Source: Piscinibacter sp. (GTDB lineage: Bacteria > Pseudomonadota > Gammaproteobacteria > Burkholderiales > Burkholderiaceae_C). From it: a stretch of DNA of 64,000 nt. The stretch lies in NCBI RefSeq assembly GCF_035513255.1, contig NZ_DATKCI010000015.1, one strand, 5' to 3'. Positions 55,730 to 64,000 of the stretch are shown here, in pieces. The first letter of the stretch is position 1. The number at the start of each line of letters is the position of its first letter. Position numbers and translations under genes: made by a program. Below the pieces are notes generated by a model. That model did no database searches. It saw only the letters and a program-made list of their open reading frames with translations, and was not told the origin of the DNA.

Positions 55730-57030
55730 CAGCGCACCGCCTTTTCCGCGGCCTTCAGCGCCCGCTTCAGGTCGTCGATCAGGTCGTCGGGGTCTTCGAG
55801 GCCGATCGACAGCCGGATCGTGCCCGGCGTGATGCCGGCCTGCGCCAGCGCCGCGTCGTCCATCCGGAAATGCGTCGTCGATGCCGGGTGGATCACCAGC
55901 GAGCGGCAATCGCCGACGTTGGCGAGGTGCGAGAAGATCTTCAGCGCCTCGATGAAGGCCTTGCCCTGCTCGCGGCTGCCCTTGAGCCCGAAGCTGAACA
56001 CGGACCCGCAGCCGCGCGGCAGCAGCCGCTTGGCCAGCGCATGGCCGGGGTGGCCTTCGAGCTCGGGATAGCCCACGCTTTCCACCATCGGATGCGACGC
56101 CAGGAAGGCGACCACCTTGCGGGTGTTCTCCACGTGCCGGGCCATCCGCAGCGGCAGCGTCTCGATGCCTTGCAGGATCAGCCACGCGGTGTGCGGGCTC
56201 ATACAGGCACCGAAGTCGCGAAGGCCTTCACGCCGAGCGCGCAGCAGGAAGGCGCCGACAGTGCTTTCCTCGCTGAACACCATGCCGTGGAAACCTTCGT
56301 ACGGCGCGGTCAGCTCGGGGAATCGGCCCGAGGCCTCCCAGTCGAAGCCGCCGCCGTCGACCAGCACGCCGCCGATAACGGTGCCATGGCCGGACAGGAA
56401 CTTGGTGGCGGAATGAAACACCAGATCGGCGCCGAGCCGCAGCGGCTGCATCAGGTAGGGTGTCGTGAAGGTCGAATCGAGCAGCAGCGGCAGTCCGTGT
56501 TCGTGCGCCAGGGTGGCGACCGTCGGCACGTCGAGCACGTCCAGCCCCGGGTTGCCGAGCGTCTCGCCGAACAGCAGCCGGGTCGTGGGCCGGATCGCGC
56601 CACGCCAGCCGTCGATGTCGCCCGGTTTCACGAAGGTCGTTTCGATGCCGAAACGAGCCAGTGTGTAGTGCAACAGGTTGTGCGAGCCGCCGTACAGCGC
56701 CGAGCTCGAGACGATGTGCGATCCGGCGCCGGCGAGCGTGCAGATCGCGAGGTGCAGCGCCGCCTGGCCGCTGGCGGTCGCGATCGCGCCGATGCCGCCG
56801 TCGAGCGCCGCAACGCGCTCCTCCAGTACCGCATTGGTCGGGTTGGAGATGCGGCTGTAGACGTGGCCGGAGCGCTCCATATTGAACAGCGAGGCGGCGT
56901 GGTCGCTGTTCTCGAAGACAAATGAGGTGGACAGGTGGATCGGCACGGCGCGCGCCCCGGTGGCCGGGTCGGGCGTGGCGCCGGCGTGCAGCGCGAGGGT
57001 GTCGAAACCGGGGTCGGAAGAGCCGGGCAT
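55729..57030 (-). CDS. metY: O-acetylhomoserine aminocarboxypropyltransferase (OAH sulfhydrylase)
   Basis: TLALHAG, YSRISNPT, HSATKFLSGHG, ANVGDCRSLVIHPASTTH. Confidence 0.88.
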   Translation of the reverse strand: MPGSSDPGFDTLALHAGATPDPATGARAVPIHLSTSFVFENSDHAASLFNMERSGHVYSRISNPTNAVLEERVAALDGGIGAIATASGQAALHLAICTLAGAGSHIVSSSALYGGSHNLLHYTLARFGIETTFVKPGDIDGWRGAIRPTTRLLFGETLGNPGLDVLDVPTVATLAHEHGLPLLLDSTFTTPYLMQPLRLGADLVFHSATKFLSGHGTVIGGVLVDGGGFDWEASGRFPELTAPYEGFHGMVFSEESTVGAFLLRARREGLRDFGACMSPHTAWLILQGIETLPLRMARHVENTRKVVAFLASHPMVESVGYPELEGHPGHALAKRLLPRGCGSVFSFGLKGSREQGKAFIEALKIFSHLANVGDCRSLVIHPASTTHFRMDDAALAQAGITPGTIRLSIGLEDPDDLIDDLKRALKAAEKAVR

Positions 57031-57129
57031 GCGGAGGTGTCCTCGTGGAGGTCCTTGCGGGTGAGCGGGGTGTTGCTCCTCGGCATTGTGGGCTATATTG
57101 GTTCGTCCACGGACCGGAAGGAGCCTCCC

Positions 57130-57600
57130 ATGAAAGTCAGCGACATCCTGCGCGTGAAGGGCGGAACCCTCTACACCATTTCCCCCGACCAGCCACTGAT
57201 CCAGGCGGTGACGACGATGGCCGACAACGACATCGGCTCGCTCGTGGTCATGGACCACGGCGACCTGGTGGGCATGCTGACCTTCCGCGAGGTGATCCAG
57301 TCGGTCGTCAAGAACGGCGGCATCGTCGGCAGCACGCAGGTGCAAAGCGTGATGGACGACCACCCGCTCACCGCCACCCCGGAAACCGAGATCGACGAAG
57401 TGCGCCGCATGATGCTCGGCCGCCACGCCCGCTACATGCCGGTGATCACGCAGCGCACCTTGATGGGCGTGATCTCGTTCTACGACGTCGCCAAGGCCGT
57501 GGTCGACAGTCAGGACTTCGAGAACCGCATGCTGAAGGCCTACATCCGCGACTGGCCGGTCGACGAGTCGCGCGACGAGCAGACGTCGGCGCCGACCTGA
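57130..57600 (+). CDS. Tandem CBS-domain protein
   Basis: Two CBS repeats (IGSLVV..GMLT; GVISFYD); RBS AAGGAG. Confidence 0.9.
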   Translation: MKVSDILRVKGGTLYTISPDQPLIQAVTTMADNDIGSLVVMDHGDLVGMLTFREVIQSVVKNGGIVGSTQVQSVMDDHPLTATPETEIDEVRRMMLGRHARYMPVITQRTLMGVISFYDVAKAVVDSQDFENRMLKAYIRDWPVDESRDEQTSAPT

Positions 57601-57621
57601 GCCGATTAGCCCCCGACGAGC

Positions 57622-57643
57622 ACCGCCGAAAGGCGGTTTTTTT
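57622..57643 (+). terminator. Intrinsic terminator after the CBS gene
   Basis: ACCGCC-GAAA-GGCGGT-TTTTTT. Confidence 0.9.
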
Positions 57644-57646
57644 GTT

Positions 57647-57736
57647 CCCTCTCCCCCTGGGAGACGGTTAGGGTGAGGGGCGCGGCCGTCCATGTGAATC
57701 CCGCCCTCACCCCAGCCCTTTGCCCGGGGGAGAGGG
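57647..57736. repeat. CCCTCTCCC/GGGAGAGGG-type long inverted repeat
   Basis: CCCTCTCCCCCTGGGAGACGGTTAGGGTGAGGG ... CCCTCACCCCAGCCCTTTGCCCGGGGGAGAGGG. Confidence 0.8.
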
Positions 57737-57778
57737 GGAGTGCCCCGGTAAAATCGCCCATCGACTCCAGGGCCCTCC

Positions 57779-58885
57779 ATGTCCGGCAGCACCTTCGGCA
57801 GCATCCTCCGCGTCACGAACTTCGGCGAATCGCACGGGCCCGCCATCGGCTGCGTGATCGACGGCTGCCCGCCCGGCATGGTGCTGTCCGAGGCCGACAT
57901 CCAGCCCGAGCTCGACCGGCGGCGCCCCGGCACCTCGCGCCACGTGACCCAGCGCAACGAACCGGATGCGGTGGAAATCCTCTCCGGTGTCTACGAGGGC
58001 AGGACCACCGGCACGCCGATCTGTCTGCTGATTCGCAACACCGACCAGCGCAGCAAGGACTACGGCAACATCGCGCAGAGCTTCCGCCCCGGCCACGCCG
58101 ACTACACCTACTGGCACAAGTACGGCATCCGCGACCCACGCGGCGGCGGGCGTTCGTCGGCGCGGCTGACGGCGCCGATGGTCGGCGCCGGCGCCGTGGC
58201 GCGCAAGTGGCTGCAGCAGGCCTACGGCACGAGCTTCGTCGGCTACATGACGCAGCTCGGCGACATCGCGATCCCGTTCGAGTCGCTGGACCACGTGCCG
58301 AGCAACCCCTTCTTCGCGCCGAACGCGAGCGACATCGCGCAGCTCGAGGCCTACATGGACGAGCTGCGCAAGGCCGGCGACAGCTGCGGCGCGCGCATCA
58401 CCGTGGTCGCCCGCCAGGTGCCGGTGGGGCTGGGCGCGCCCCTGTTCGACAAGCTCGACGCCGACATCGCCTACGCGATGATGGGCATCAACGCGGTGAA
58501 GGGCGTGGAGATCGGCGCCGGCTTCGCAAGCGTGGCCCAGCGCGGCACGACCCATGGCGACGAGCTGACGCCGGAAGGCTTCATGAGCAACAACGCCGGC
58601 GGCGTGCTCGGCGGCATTTCGACCGGGCAGGACATCACGGTGTCGATCGCGATCAAGCCCACCAGTTCGATCCGCAGCCCGCGCCATTCGATCGATGTGG
58701 CCGGCGAGCCGACGATCGTCGAAACCTTCGGCCGCCACGACCCCTGCGTCGGTATCCGCGCGACGCCGATCGCCGAGGCGATGCTCGCGCTGGTGCTGAT
58801 GGACCACGCGCTGCTGCACCGTGCGCAGTGCGCCGAGGTGAGCGTGGCCACGCCGAAGATTCCGGCCGACGGCCGGCCGGGCTGA
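57779..58885 (+). CDS. aroC: Chorismate synthase
   Basis: [34 protein letters not shown]. Confidence 0.98.
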   Translation: MSGSTFGSILRVTNFGESHGPAIGCVIDGCPPGMVLSEADIQPELDRRRPGTSRHVTQRNEPDAVEILSGVYEGRTTGTPICLLIRNTDQRSKDYGNIAQSFRPGHADYTYWHKYGIRDPRGGGRSSARLTAPMVGAGAVARKWLQQAYGTSFVGYMTQLGDIAIPFESLDHVPSNPFFAPNASDIAQLEAYMDELRKAGDSCGARITVVARQVPVGLGAPLFDKLDADIAYAMMGINAVKGVEIGAGFASVAQRGTTHGDELTPEGFMSNNAGGVLGGISTGQDITVSIAIKPTSSIRSPRHSIDVAGEPTIVETFGRHDPCVGIRATPIAEAMLALVLMDHALLHRAQCAEVSVATPKIPADGRPG

Positions 58886-58912
58886 ACTGCCGTCACCCCG
58901 GTTGAAGTTGGT

Positions 58913-58980
58913 GTAGCCCGGATGAAATCCGGGGGCTGCGCAGGCGTGAAGACACGTTCCCCGGATTTCATCCGGGCTGC
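58913..58980. repeat. REP doublet (REPIN-like hairpin)
   Basis: GTAGCCCGGATGAAATCCGGGG...CCCCGGATTTCATCCGGGCTGC. Confidence 0.9.
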
Positions 58981-59062
58981 GGACGACAATGCTGCGCCCT
59001 CGTGCAGCCTTCGCTCGCCGGAGCCATAATCCGCGCCCCACGCAGTCAGATCGGAGCCCCCC

Positions 59063-60088
59063 ATGCAAACCACCCGCCTCGGTTCCACCGGCCTCGCCGT
59101 CTCCCGCATCTGCCTGGGCATGATGACCTACGGCACGCCGCAGTGGCGCCCGTGGGTGCTCGAAGAAGAAGCCAGCCGACCGCTGGTGCGGCACGCCGTC
59201 GAGCTCGGCATCAACTTCTTCGACACCGCCGACATGTATTCCGCCGGCGAAAGCGAGGTGCTGACCGGCAAGTTCCTGCGCGAGTTCTGCCGGCGCGACG
59301 AGATCGTCATCGCGACCAAGCTGTACTTCCCGGTCGACCTCGGTTTTCGCGGCGTCGCCCCCGACAGCACGAAGACGGTGGAGCGGCCCAATCAAAGCGG
59401 CCTGTCGCGCAAGCGCATCCTCCACGCGGTCGACGCGAGCCTGCAGCGCCTGGGCACCGACTACATCGACATCTACCAGATCCACCGCTGGGACCCGCAC
59501 ACGCCGATCGAAGAGACGATGGAGGCGCTGCACGACGTCGTGAAGGCCGGCAAGGTGCGCTACCTCGGCGCGAGCTCGATGTGGGCCTGGCAGTTCGCGA
59601 AGGCGCAGCAGGCGGCGCGCGACAACGGCTGGACCCGCTTCGTCAGCATGCAGAACCACTACAACCTCGCCTACCGCGAAGAGGAGCGCGAGATGATCCC
59701 GCTGTGCCGCGACCAGGGCGTTGCGCTGCTGCCGTGGAGCCCGCTCGCGCGCGGCTTCCTGGCCGGAAACCGCAAGGCCGGCGACGCCGCTTCCGGTGCC
59801 ACCTCGCGCGCCCAGACCGACGACCTCGCGCAGAAGTACTACTACCGGAGCAGTGACTTCGCCGCCGTCGAGCGCCTGTCGGCGCTGGCGGCGCAAAAAG
59901 GCGTCAGCAACGCGACGCTGGCCTACGCCTGGCTGCTGCACAAGGGCGTCACCGCGCCCATCGTCGGCGCGAGCAAGCTGCACCAGCTCGACCAGGCGGT
60001 GGCGGCGGCCGGGATCGAGCTCACCGACGACGAAGCGGCCCGGCTCGAAGCCGGCTACGAGCCGCATCCGGTGATCGGCCACACCTGA
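59063..60088 (+). CDS. Aldo/keto reductase
   Basis: ICLGMMTYG, FDTADMYS, IATK, DIYQIHRWD, PWSPLARG. Confidence 0.94.
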   Translation: MQTTRLGSTGLAVSRICLGMMTYGTPQWRPWVLEEEASRPLVRHAVELGINFFDTADMYSAGESEVLTGKFLREFCRRDEIVIATKLYFPVDLGFRGVAPDSTKTVERPNQSGLSRKRILHAVDASLQRLGTDYIDIYQIHRWDPHTPIEETMEALHDVVKAGKVRYLGASSMWAWQFAKAQQAARDNGWTRFVSMQNHYNLAYREEEREMIPLCRDQGVALLPWSPLARGFLAGNRKAGDAASGATSRAQTDDLAQKYYYRSSDFAAVERLSALAAQKGVSNATLAYAWLLHKGVTAPIVGASKLHQLDQAVAAAGIELTDDEAARLEAGYEPHPVIGHT

Positions 60089-60223
60089 GGCGGGTCGACG
60101 CGAGCGTGCCCCCGCCGCGCAGCCTGACCCCCGGAATCTGCAATCCGTCGCATGTGGGATTGCCGGCCATCGCCGGACTCCTACACTGCGACCGCTTCAC
60201 GAGAGCGGACAAGGAGATCAACA

Positions 60224-61432
60224 ATGGGCAAGGGATGGGTGATGAGCGGCGTCGGCGTGGCGGTCGCCATCGGCATCGCCGCCGCGGTGTGGGTCGGTCG
60301 CAGCGACCGAGGGCAGGCGGAAGCCGCCGTCAATGACCAGCCCTCGGGGCAGGCCGCCCAAGACGGCAAGGGGCCCAAGAAGCCCGACGTCCCGCTGGAA
60401 TTCACCCCGCGCGAGGTCGTGCAGCCGGTGCTCGCCGGCATGCCGCTGCCGATGGAGTTTTCCGGCCCGCTTGTGGCGCCGTCGACCGCCGTCGTGCGCG
60501 CCCGCTCCGGCGGCACGCTGTTGTCGCTGCACGTGGGCGAGGGCAGCCGCGTCAAGGCCGGCCAGGTGCTCGGCGCGATCGACCTGGCCGAGCTGGCCGG
60601 GCGCGTTGCCGAACGCAATGCGATGCTGGCCTCGGCCAAGGCGCAGCTCGCGCAGGCGGAACGCACGCATGCGTCGAACCAGCGGCTGGCCGATCAGCAG
60701 TTCATCTCGCCGATCGCGCTCGAGTCCTCGCGTTCGGCGCTGGAGACCGCGCGTGCCCAGGTCAACGCCGCTCGGGCCCAGCTCGACACGATGCGCGTGG
60801 GCCTGCGCGATGCCGCCCTGGTCGCGCCGATCGCCGGCGTCGTGCACAAGCGCCATGTCGTCCCCGGGGAAAAACTCAGCGTCGAGCAGCCGGTGCTGAG
60901 CATCGTCGACATCACCCGGCTCGAACTCGCCGGCAGCGTCGGCACGCACGAGGTGTCGCGGCTCGCGCCTGGCATGCCGGTGCAGGTGCAGGTCGAGGGC
61001 CACGCCGATGCGGTGACCGGGCGGCTCGCGCGCATTGCGCCGGCCGCCGAGCCCGGCACCCGCTCCATCGGTGTGACGATCGCTCTGGCGAACCCGAAGG
61101 AGACCTTCCGCGCCGGGCAGTACGCGATGGGGCGTGTGGTGCTGGACGACCCGACGCGGCGGCTGACGCTGCCGGTGTCCGCCATCGGCAGCACCTCCGG
61201 CCAGCATCACGTGTGGGTGATCGAGAACGGCGAATTGCTGCGCCGCGCCGTCATCACCGGGCGGCGCGACGAGCGCGAAGCCCGCGTCGAGGTGCTGCAG
61301 GGGCTGTCCCCCGGCAGCGTTGTACTCGCGGCGCGCTTCGACAACCTGCGCGAGGGCGCCAAGGCTGTCGTCGTGGCCCGCACGGCGCCGGTGGCGTCGG
61401 CCTCGGCGTCGTCGGCAGTCGTCGCCAAGTAA
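60224..61432 (+). CDS. RND efflux periplasmic adaptor (MFP)
   Basis: N-terminal TM, lipoyl-like VKAGQVL, coiled hairpin, LVAPIAGVV; RBS AAGGAG. Confidence 0.92.
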   Translation: MGKGWVMSGVGVAVAIGIAAAVWVGRSDRGQAEAAVNDQPSGQAAQDGKGPKKPDVPLEFTPREVVQPVLAGMPLPMEFSGPLVAPSTAVVRARSGGTLLSLHVGEGSRVKAGQVLGAIDLAELAGRVAERNAMLASAKAQLAQAERTHASNQRLADQQFISPIALESSRSALETARAQVNAARAQLDTMRVGLRDAALVAPIAGVVHKRHVVPGEKLSVEQPVLSIVDITRLELAGSVGTHEVSRLAPGMPVQVQVEGHADAVTGRLARIAPAAEPGTRSIGVTIALANPKETFRAGQYAMGRVVLDDPTRRLTLPVSAIGSTSGQHHVWVIENGELLRRAVITGRRDEREARVEVLQGLSPGSVVLAARFDNLREGAKAVVVARTAPVASASASSAVVAK

Positions 61433-61447
61433 CGCAAGGGATTCGCC

Positions 61448-64000
61448 ATGTGGATCACCCGCGTCTCGATCAACAACCCCGTCTTCGCCTCGATGGTGAT
61501 GGTCGCGCTGTGCGTGCTCGGGCTGTTCGCCTATGTGCGGCTCGGCGTCGAACAGATGCCCGACATCCAGTTCCCCGGCGCCGCGGTCGAGGTGAGCTAC
61601 CCCGGCGCGTCGCCCGAGGCCGTGGAGCGCGAGATCAGCAAGCCGGTCGAGGAAGCGCTGAACAGCATTGCCGGCGTCAAGCGCATCACCTCGCGCAGCT
61701 TCGAGGGCCAGAGCCAGACCTGGGTCGAGTTCAGTCTCGACGCCGACATGGCCCGCGCGATGCAGGACCTGCGCGACCGCGTGGCGGCGGCGCAGGCGGC
61801 GTTCCCGCGCGACGCCAAGGCGCCGTCGGTCTTCCGCTTCAACAACGAGAACTCCGAGCCGACGGTGGTGCTGGCGGTGCTGTCGCCCACGCGTTCTGCA
61901 CGCGAGCTGTCGCTGCTCGCCGACCAGACCGTCAACAAGCGCCTGCAGCGTGTCGAAGGCGTTGCGCGTGTCGATGTGACCGGCATGGCGCAGCGCGAGG
62001 TGCGCATCGACCTCGATCCCGAGCGGCTGCGCGCCTACGGCGTGACACCGGCGGAGGTCGCCACGGCCCTGCGCGAGGCCAACAGCGACCAGCCGGTGGG
62101 CTTGTTGACCGACTCAACCCAGGACGCGATCCTGCGCGTCGAAGGCCGCGTGCGAGACCCGCGCCAGTTCGGTGACGTGATCGTGGCCCGCCGCGGCAGT
62201 CACTCGCTGACGCTCGGCGACCTCGGCACGCTGGTCGAGCGCGAACGCGAGCCGGACTCCGTCGCGCGCATCAACGGGCAGCGCGCGGTCACCTTCAACG
62301 TCTTCAAGCAGCAGGACGCCAACGTCGTTGCGACCGGCGACGCGGTGAAGGCGGCGATGGACGAGTTGCGCAAGACGCTGCCGCAGGACGTCGAGCTGCG
62401 GCTGATCTTCGCGTCGAGCGACTTCGTGAAGGGCTCGCTGAAGGGGCTGCAGCACACGCTGATCGAAGGCGCGCTGCTGACGGTGGCGATCGTCTTCCTG
62501 TTCCTGCACTCGTGGCGCTCCACGGTGATCACCGGCCTCACGCTGCCGATCGCGGTGATCTCCAGCTTCATCGCGGTGCACGCCTTCGGCTTCACGCTGA
62601 ACTTCATGACGATGATGGCGCTGAGCCTGTGCATCGGCCTCCTGATCGACGACGCGATCGTCGTGCGAGAGAACATCGTGCGCCACCTGCACATGGGCAA
62701 GGACCATTTCACCGCGGCACGCGAAGGCACCGACGAGATCGGCCTGGCGGTGATGGCCACGACCTTCGCGATCTGCGCGGTCTTCGTGCCGGTGGCGTTC
62801 ATGGGCGGCATCGTCGGCAAGTTCTTCTATCCGTTCGGCATCACCGTCGTCGTGGCGGTGCTCGTGAGCCTGTTCGTCAGCTTCACGCTCGACCCGATGC
62901 TCTCCAGCATCTGGCGCGACCCGCCTGGCGTGCAGGCGCGCAACTGGCCGGTGGTGCGCCATCTGATCCGCTTCACCGATCACGGGCTGGACCTGCTGCA
63001 CACGGTTTACGAGAAGCTGATCCGCTGGGCCTTCAGCGCTCGCCGCTACACGCTTCGCGTGCCGCCGCTGCCGGTCTACGCCCGACCGTTCGGCGCCGAC
63101 GGCCGGCGCGACCGGTCGCAGCCGCGCCGCCTGCGGCTGGCCACGTTGACGCCGCGCGGCGTGATCGTCGGTGTGGGCGTGGCGAGCTTCGTCGGCGCGC
63201 TCGCGCTGGCGCCGCTGGTGGGCAGCGAGTTCGTTCCGCAGACCGACCAGAGCTTCACCCAGCTGTCGATCCGCATGGCCGTGGGCTCCAGCCTCGAGCG
63301 CAGCGATGCGAAGGTCAAGCAGGTGGAAGAAATCGTCGCGTCGTTTCCCGAGGTCAAGACGATCTCGGCCAATGTCGGCGGGCAAGGGCAGGGCTTCGCG
63401 GTCGGCCGCGGGCAGGCCACGCTGAACATCGGCCTCGTCGACCGCCGCGAGCGCGACCGCACGCAAAAGGAAGTCGAAGACGCGATCCGCGAGGCGATCG
63501 CGAAGATCCCCGGCATCGAGACCGCGGTCGGCTTCGACCGGCCGATCTTCGTGGCCATTCTCGGCAACGATCCCGTGGGGCTGTCGCGCCTGGCGACCGA
63601 GTTCGCCGGGAAGATCAAGACGATCCCCGGCATCACCGACGTCGACCTGTCGGTGAAGCCCGGCCTGCCCGCCTACGCGGTGCGGCTGCGCCCCGGCGCC
63701 GTGCGCGAGCTCGGCCTCACCGCACCCGAGCTCGCCTCCAGCCTGCGCGCCTACGTGAACGGCGAGGTGGCGACCTACTGGACCACCCCCGACGGCGAAC
63801 AGGTCGAGGTGCTGCTGCGGCTGCCGCAGGAGCAGCGCGAGCGTGTCGAGCAGATGCGCCGGCTGCCGGTGGCCTTTGCGGCCGACGGCACGCCGATCAC
63901 GCTCGACAGCGTCGCGACGATCGAGCAGGTGTTCAACCCCGACGTGATCCGGCGCCAGAACCTGCAGCGCCGCGAGGCGATCTTCGCCGGCGTGCAGGGC
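61448..64000 (+). CDS. RND efflux permease (AcrB/MdtC-like), runs off the window
   Basis: Manually translated: MWITRVSINNPVFA..YPGASPEAVE..IGLLIDDAIVVRENI (TM4 proton-relay Asp pair); open to the window end. Confidence 0.95.
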   Translation, partial: MWITRVSINNPVFASMVMVALCVLGLFAYVRLGVEQMPDIQFPGAAVEVSYPGASPEAVEREISKPVEEALNSIAGVKRITSRSFEGQSQTWVEFSLDADMARAMQDLRDRVAAAQAAFPRDAKAPSVFRFNNENSEPTVVLAVLSPTRSARELSLLADQTVNKRLQRVEGVARVDVTGMAQREVRIDLDPERLRAYGVTPAEVATALREANSDQPVGLLTDSTQDAILRVEGRVRDPRQFGDVIVARRGSHSLTLGDLGTLVEREREPDSVARINGQRAVTFNVFKQQDANVVATGDAVKAAMDELRKTLPQDVELRLIFASSDFVKGSLKGLQHTLIEGALLTVAIVFLFLHSWRSTVITGLTLPIAVISSFIAVHAFGFTLNFMTMMALSLCIGLLIDDAIVVRENIVRHLHMGKDHFTAAREGTDEIGLAVMATTFAICAVFVPVAFMGGIVGKFFYPFGITVVVAVLVSLFVSFTLDPMLSSIWRDPPGVQARNWPVVRHLIRFTDHGLDLLHTVYEKLIRWAFSARRYTLRVPPLPVYARPFGADGRRDRSQPRRLRLATLTPRGVIVGVGVASFVGALALAPLVGSEFVPQTDQSFTQLSIRMAVGSSLERSDAKVKQVEEIVASFPEVKTISANVGGQGQGFAVGRGQATLNIGLVDRRERDRTQKEVEDAIREAIAKIPGIETAVGFDRPIFVAILGNDPVGLSRLATEFAGKIKTIPGITDVDLSVKPGLPAYAVRLRPGAVRELGLTAPELASSLRAYVNGEVATYWTTPDGEQVEVLLRLPQEQRERVEQMRRLPVAFAADGTPITLDSVATIEQVFNPDVIRRQNLQRREAIFAGVQG

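Noticed and set aside
57031-57085. SAH riboswitch upstream of metY (minus strand GCCGAGGAGC...CGCTCAC)
   Set aside because: Only the terminal words resemble the motif; the P1 3' strand (CCAGGCTCGGC-like) and P2 are missing and the length is too short. An Infernal search would settle it.

Overview
GC-rich betaproteobacterial chromosome segment (Burkholderiales; gene style and synteny suggest the Rubrivivax/Methylibium/Piscinibacter/Comamonadaceae neighbourhood, which is inference). Mostly housekeeping: phaZ (partial), tyrB, uvrB, the isc Fe-S cluster (iscRSUA-hscBA-fdx), tsaD, rpsO-pnp, tpiA-secG-tRNA-Leu, complete nuoA-N, metY, aroC and an RND pump (partial). No IS, prophage or CRISPR is visible. 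The standout is an ~11.3 kb nitrogen-oxyanion island (~15.0-26.3 kb). It carries the full assimilatory control set (three sigma54 promoters, paired NtrC-like boxes, two ANTAR-type antitermination leaders, nasT-nasS) and a nitrate/nitrite-type ABC importer. However, in place of a siroheme nitrite reductase or nitrate reductase it encodes a four-gene module: a NirB-like FAD/NAD(P)H + [2Fe-2S] protein fused to a NOX/ferric-reductase-like four-His membrane domain, a membrane-anchored 11-heme cytochrome c (10 CxxCH + 1 CX4CH; HAO-like C-terminal half lacking the catalytic heme motif), a secreted mono-heme Tll0287/DUF3365-like protein, and a single-domain globin. This looks like an outward NAD(P)H-to-periplasm electron chain under nitrogen-starvation/nitrate control, possibly a siroheme-independent nitrite/NO/hydroxylamine reduction system (hypothesis). 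Secondary signals are GTAG-type REP/REPIN repeats, a second palindromic repeat family, back-to-back leaderless-type promoters, and a small orphan winged-HTH-like gene.
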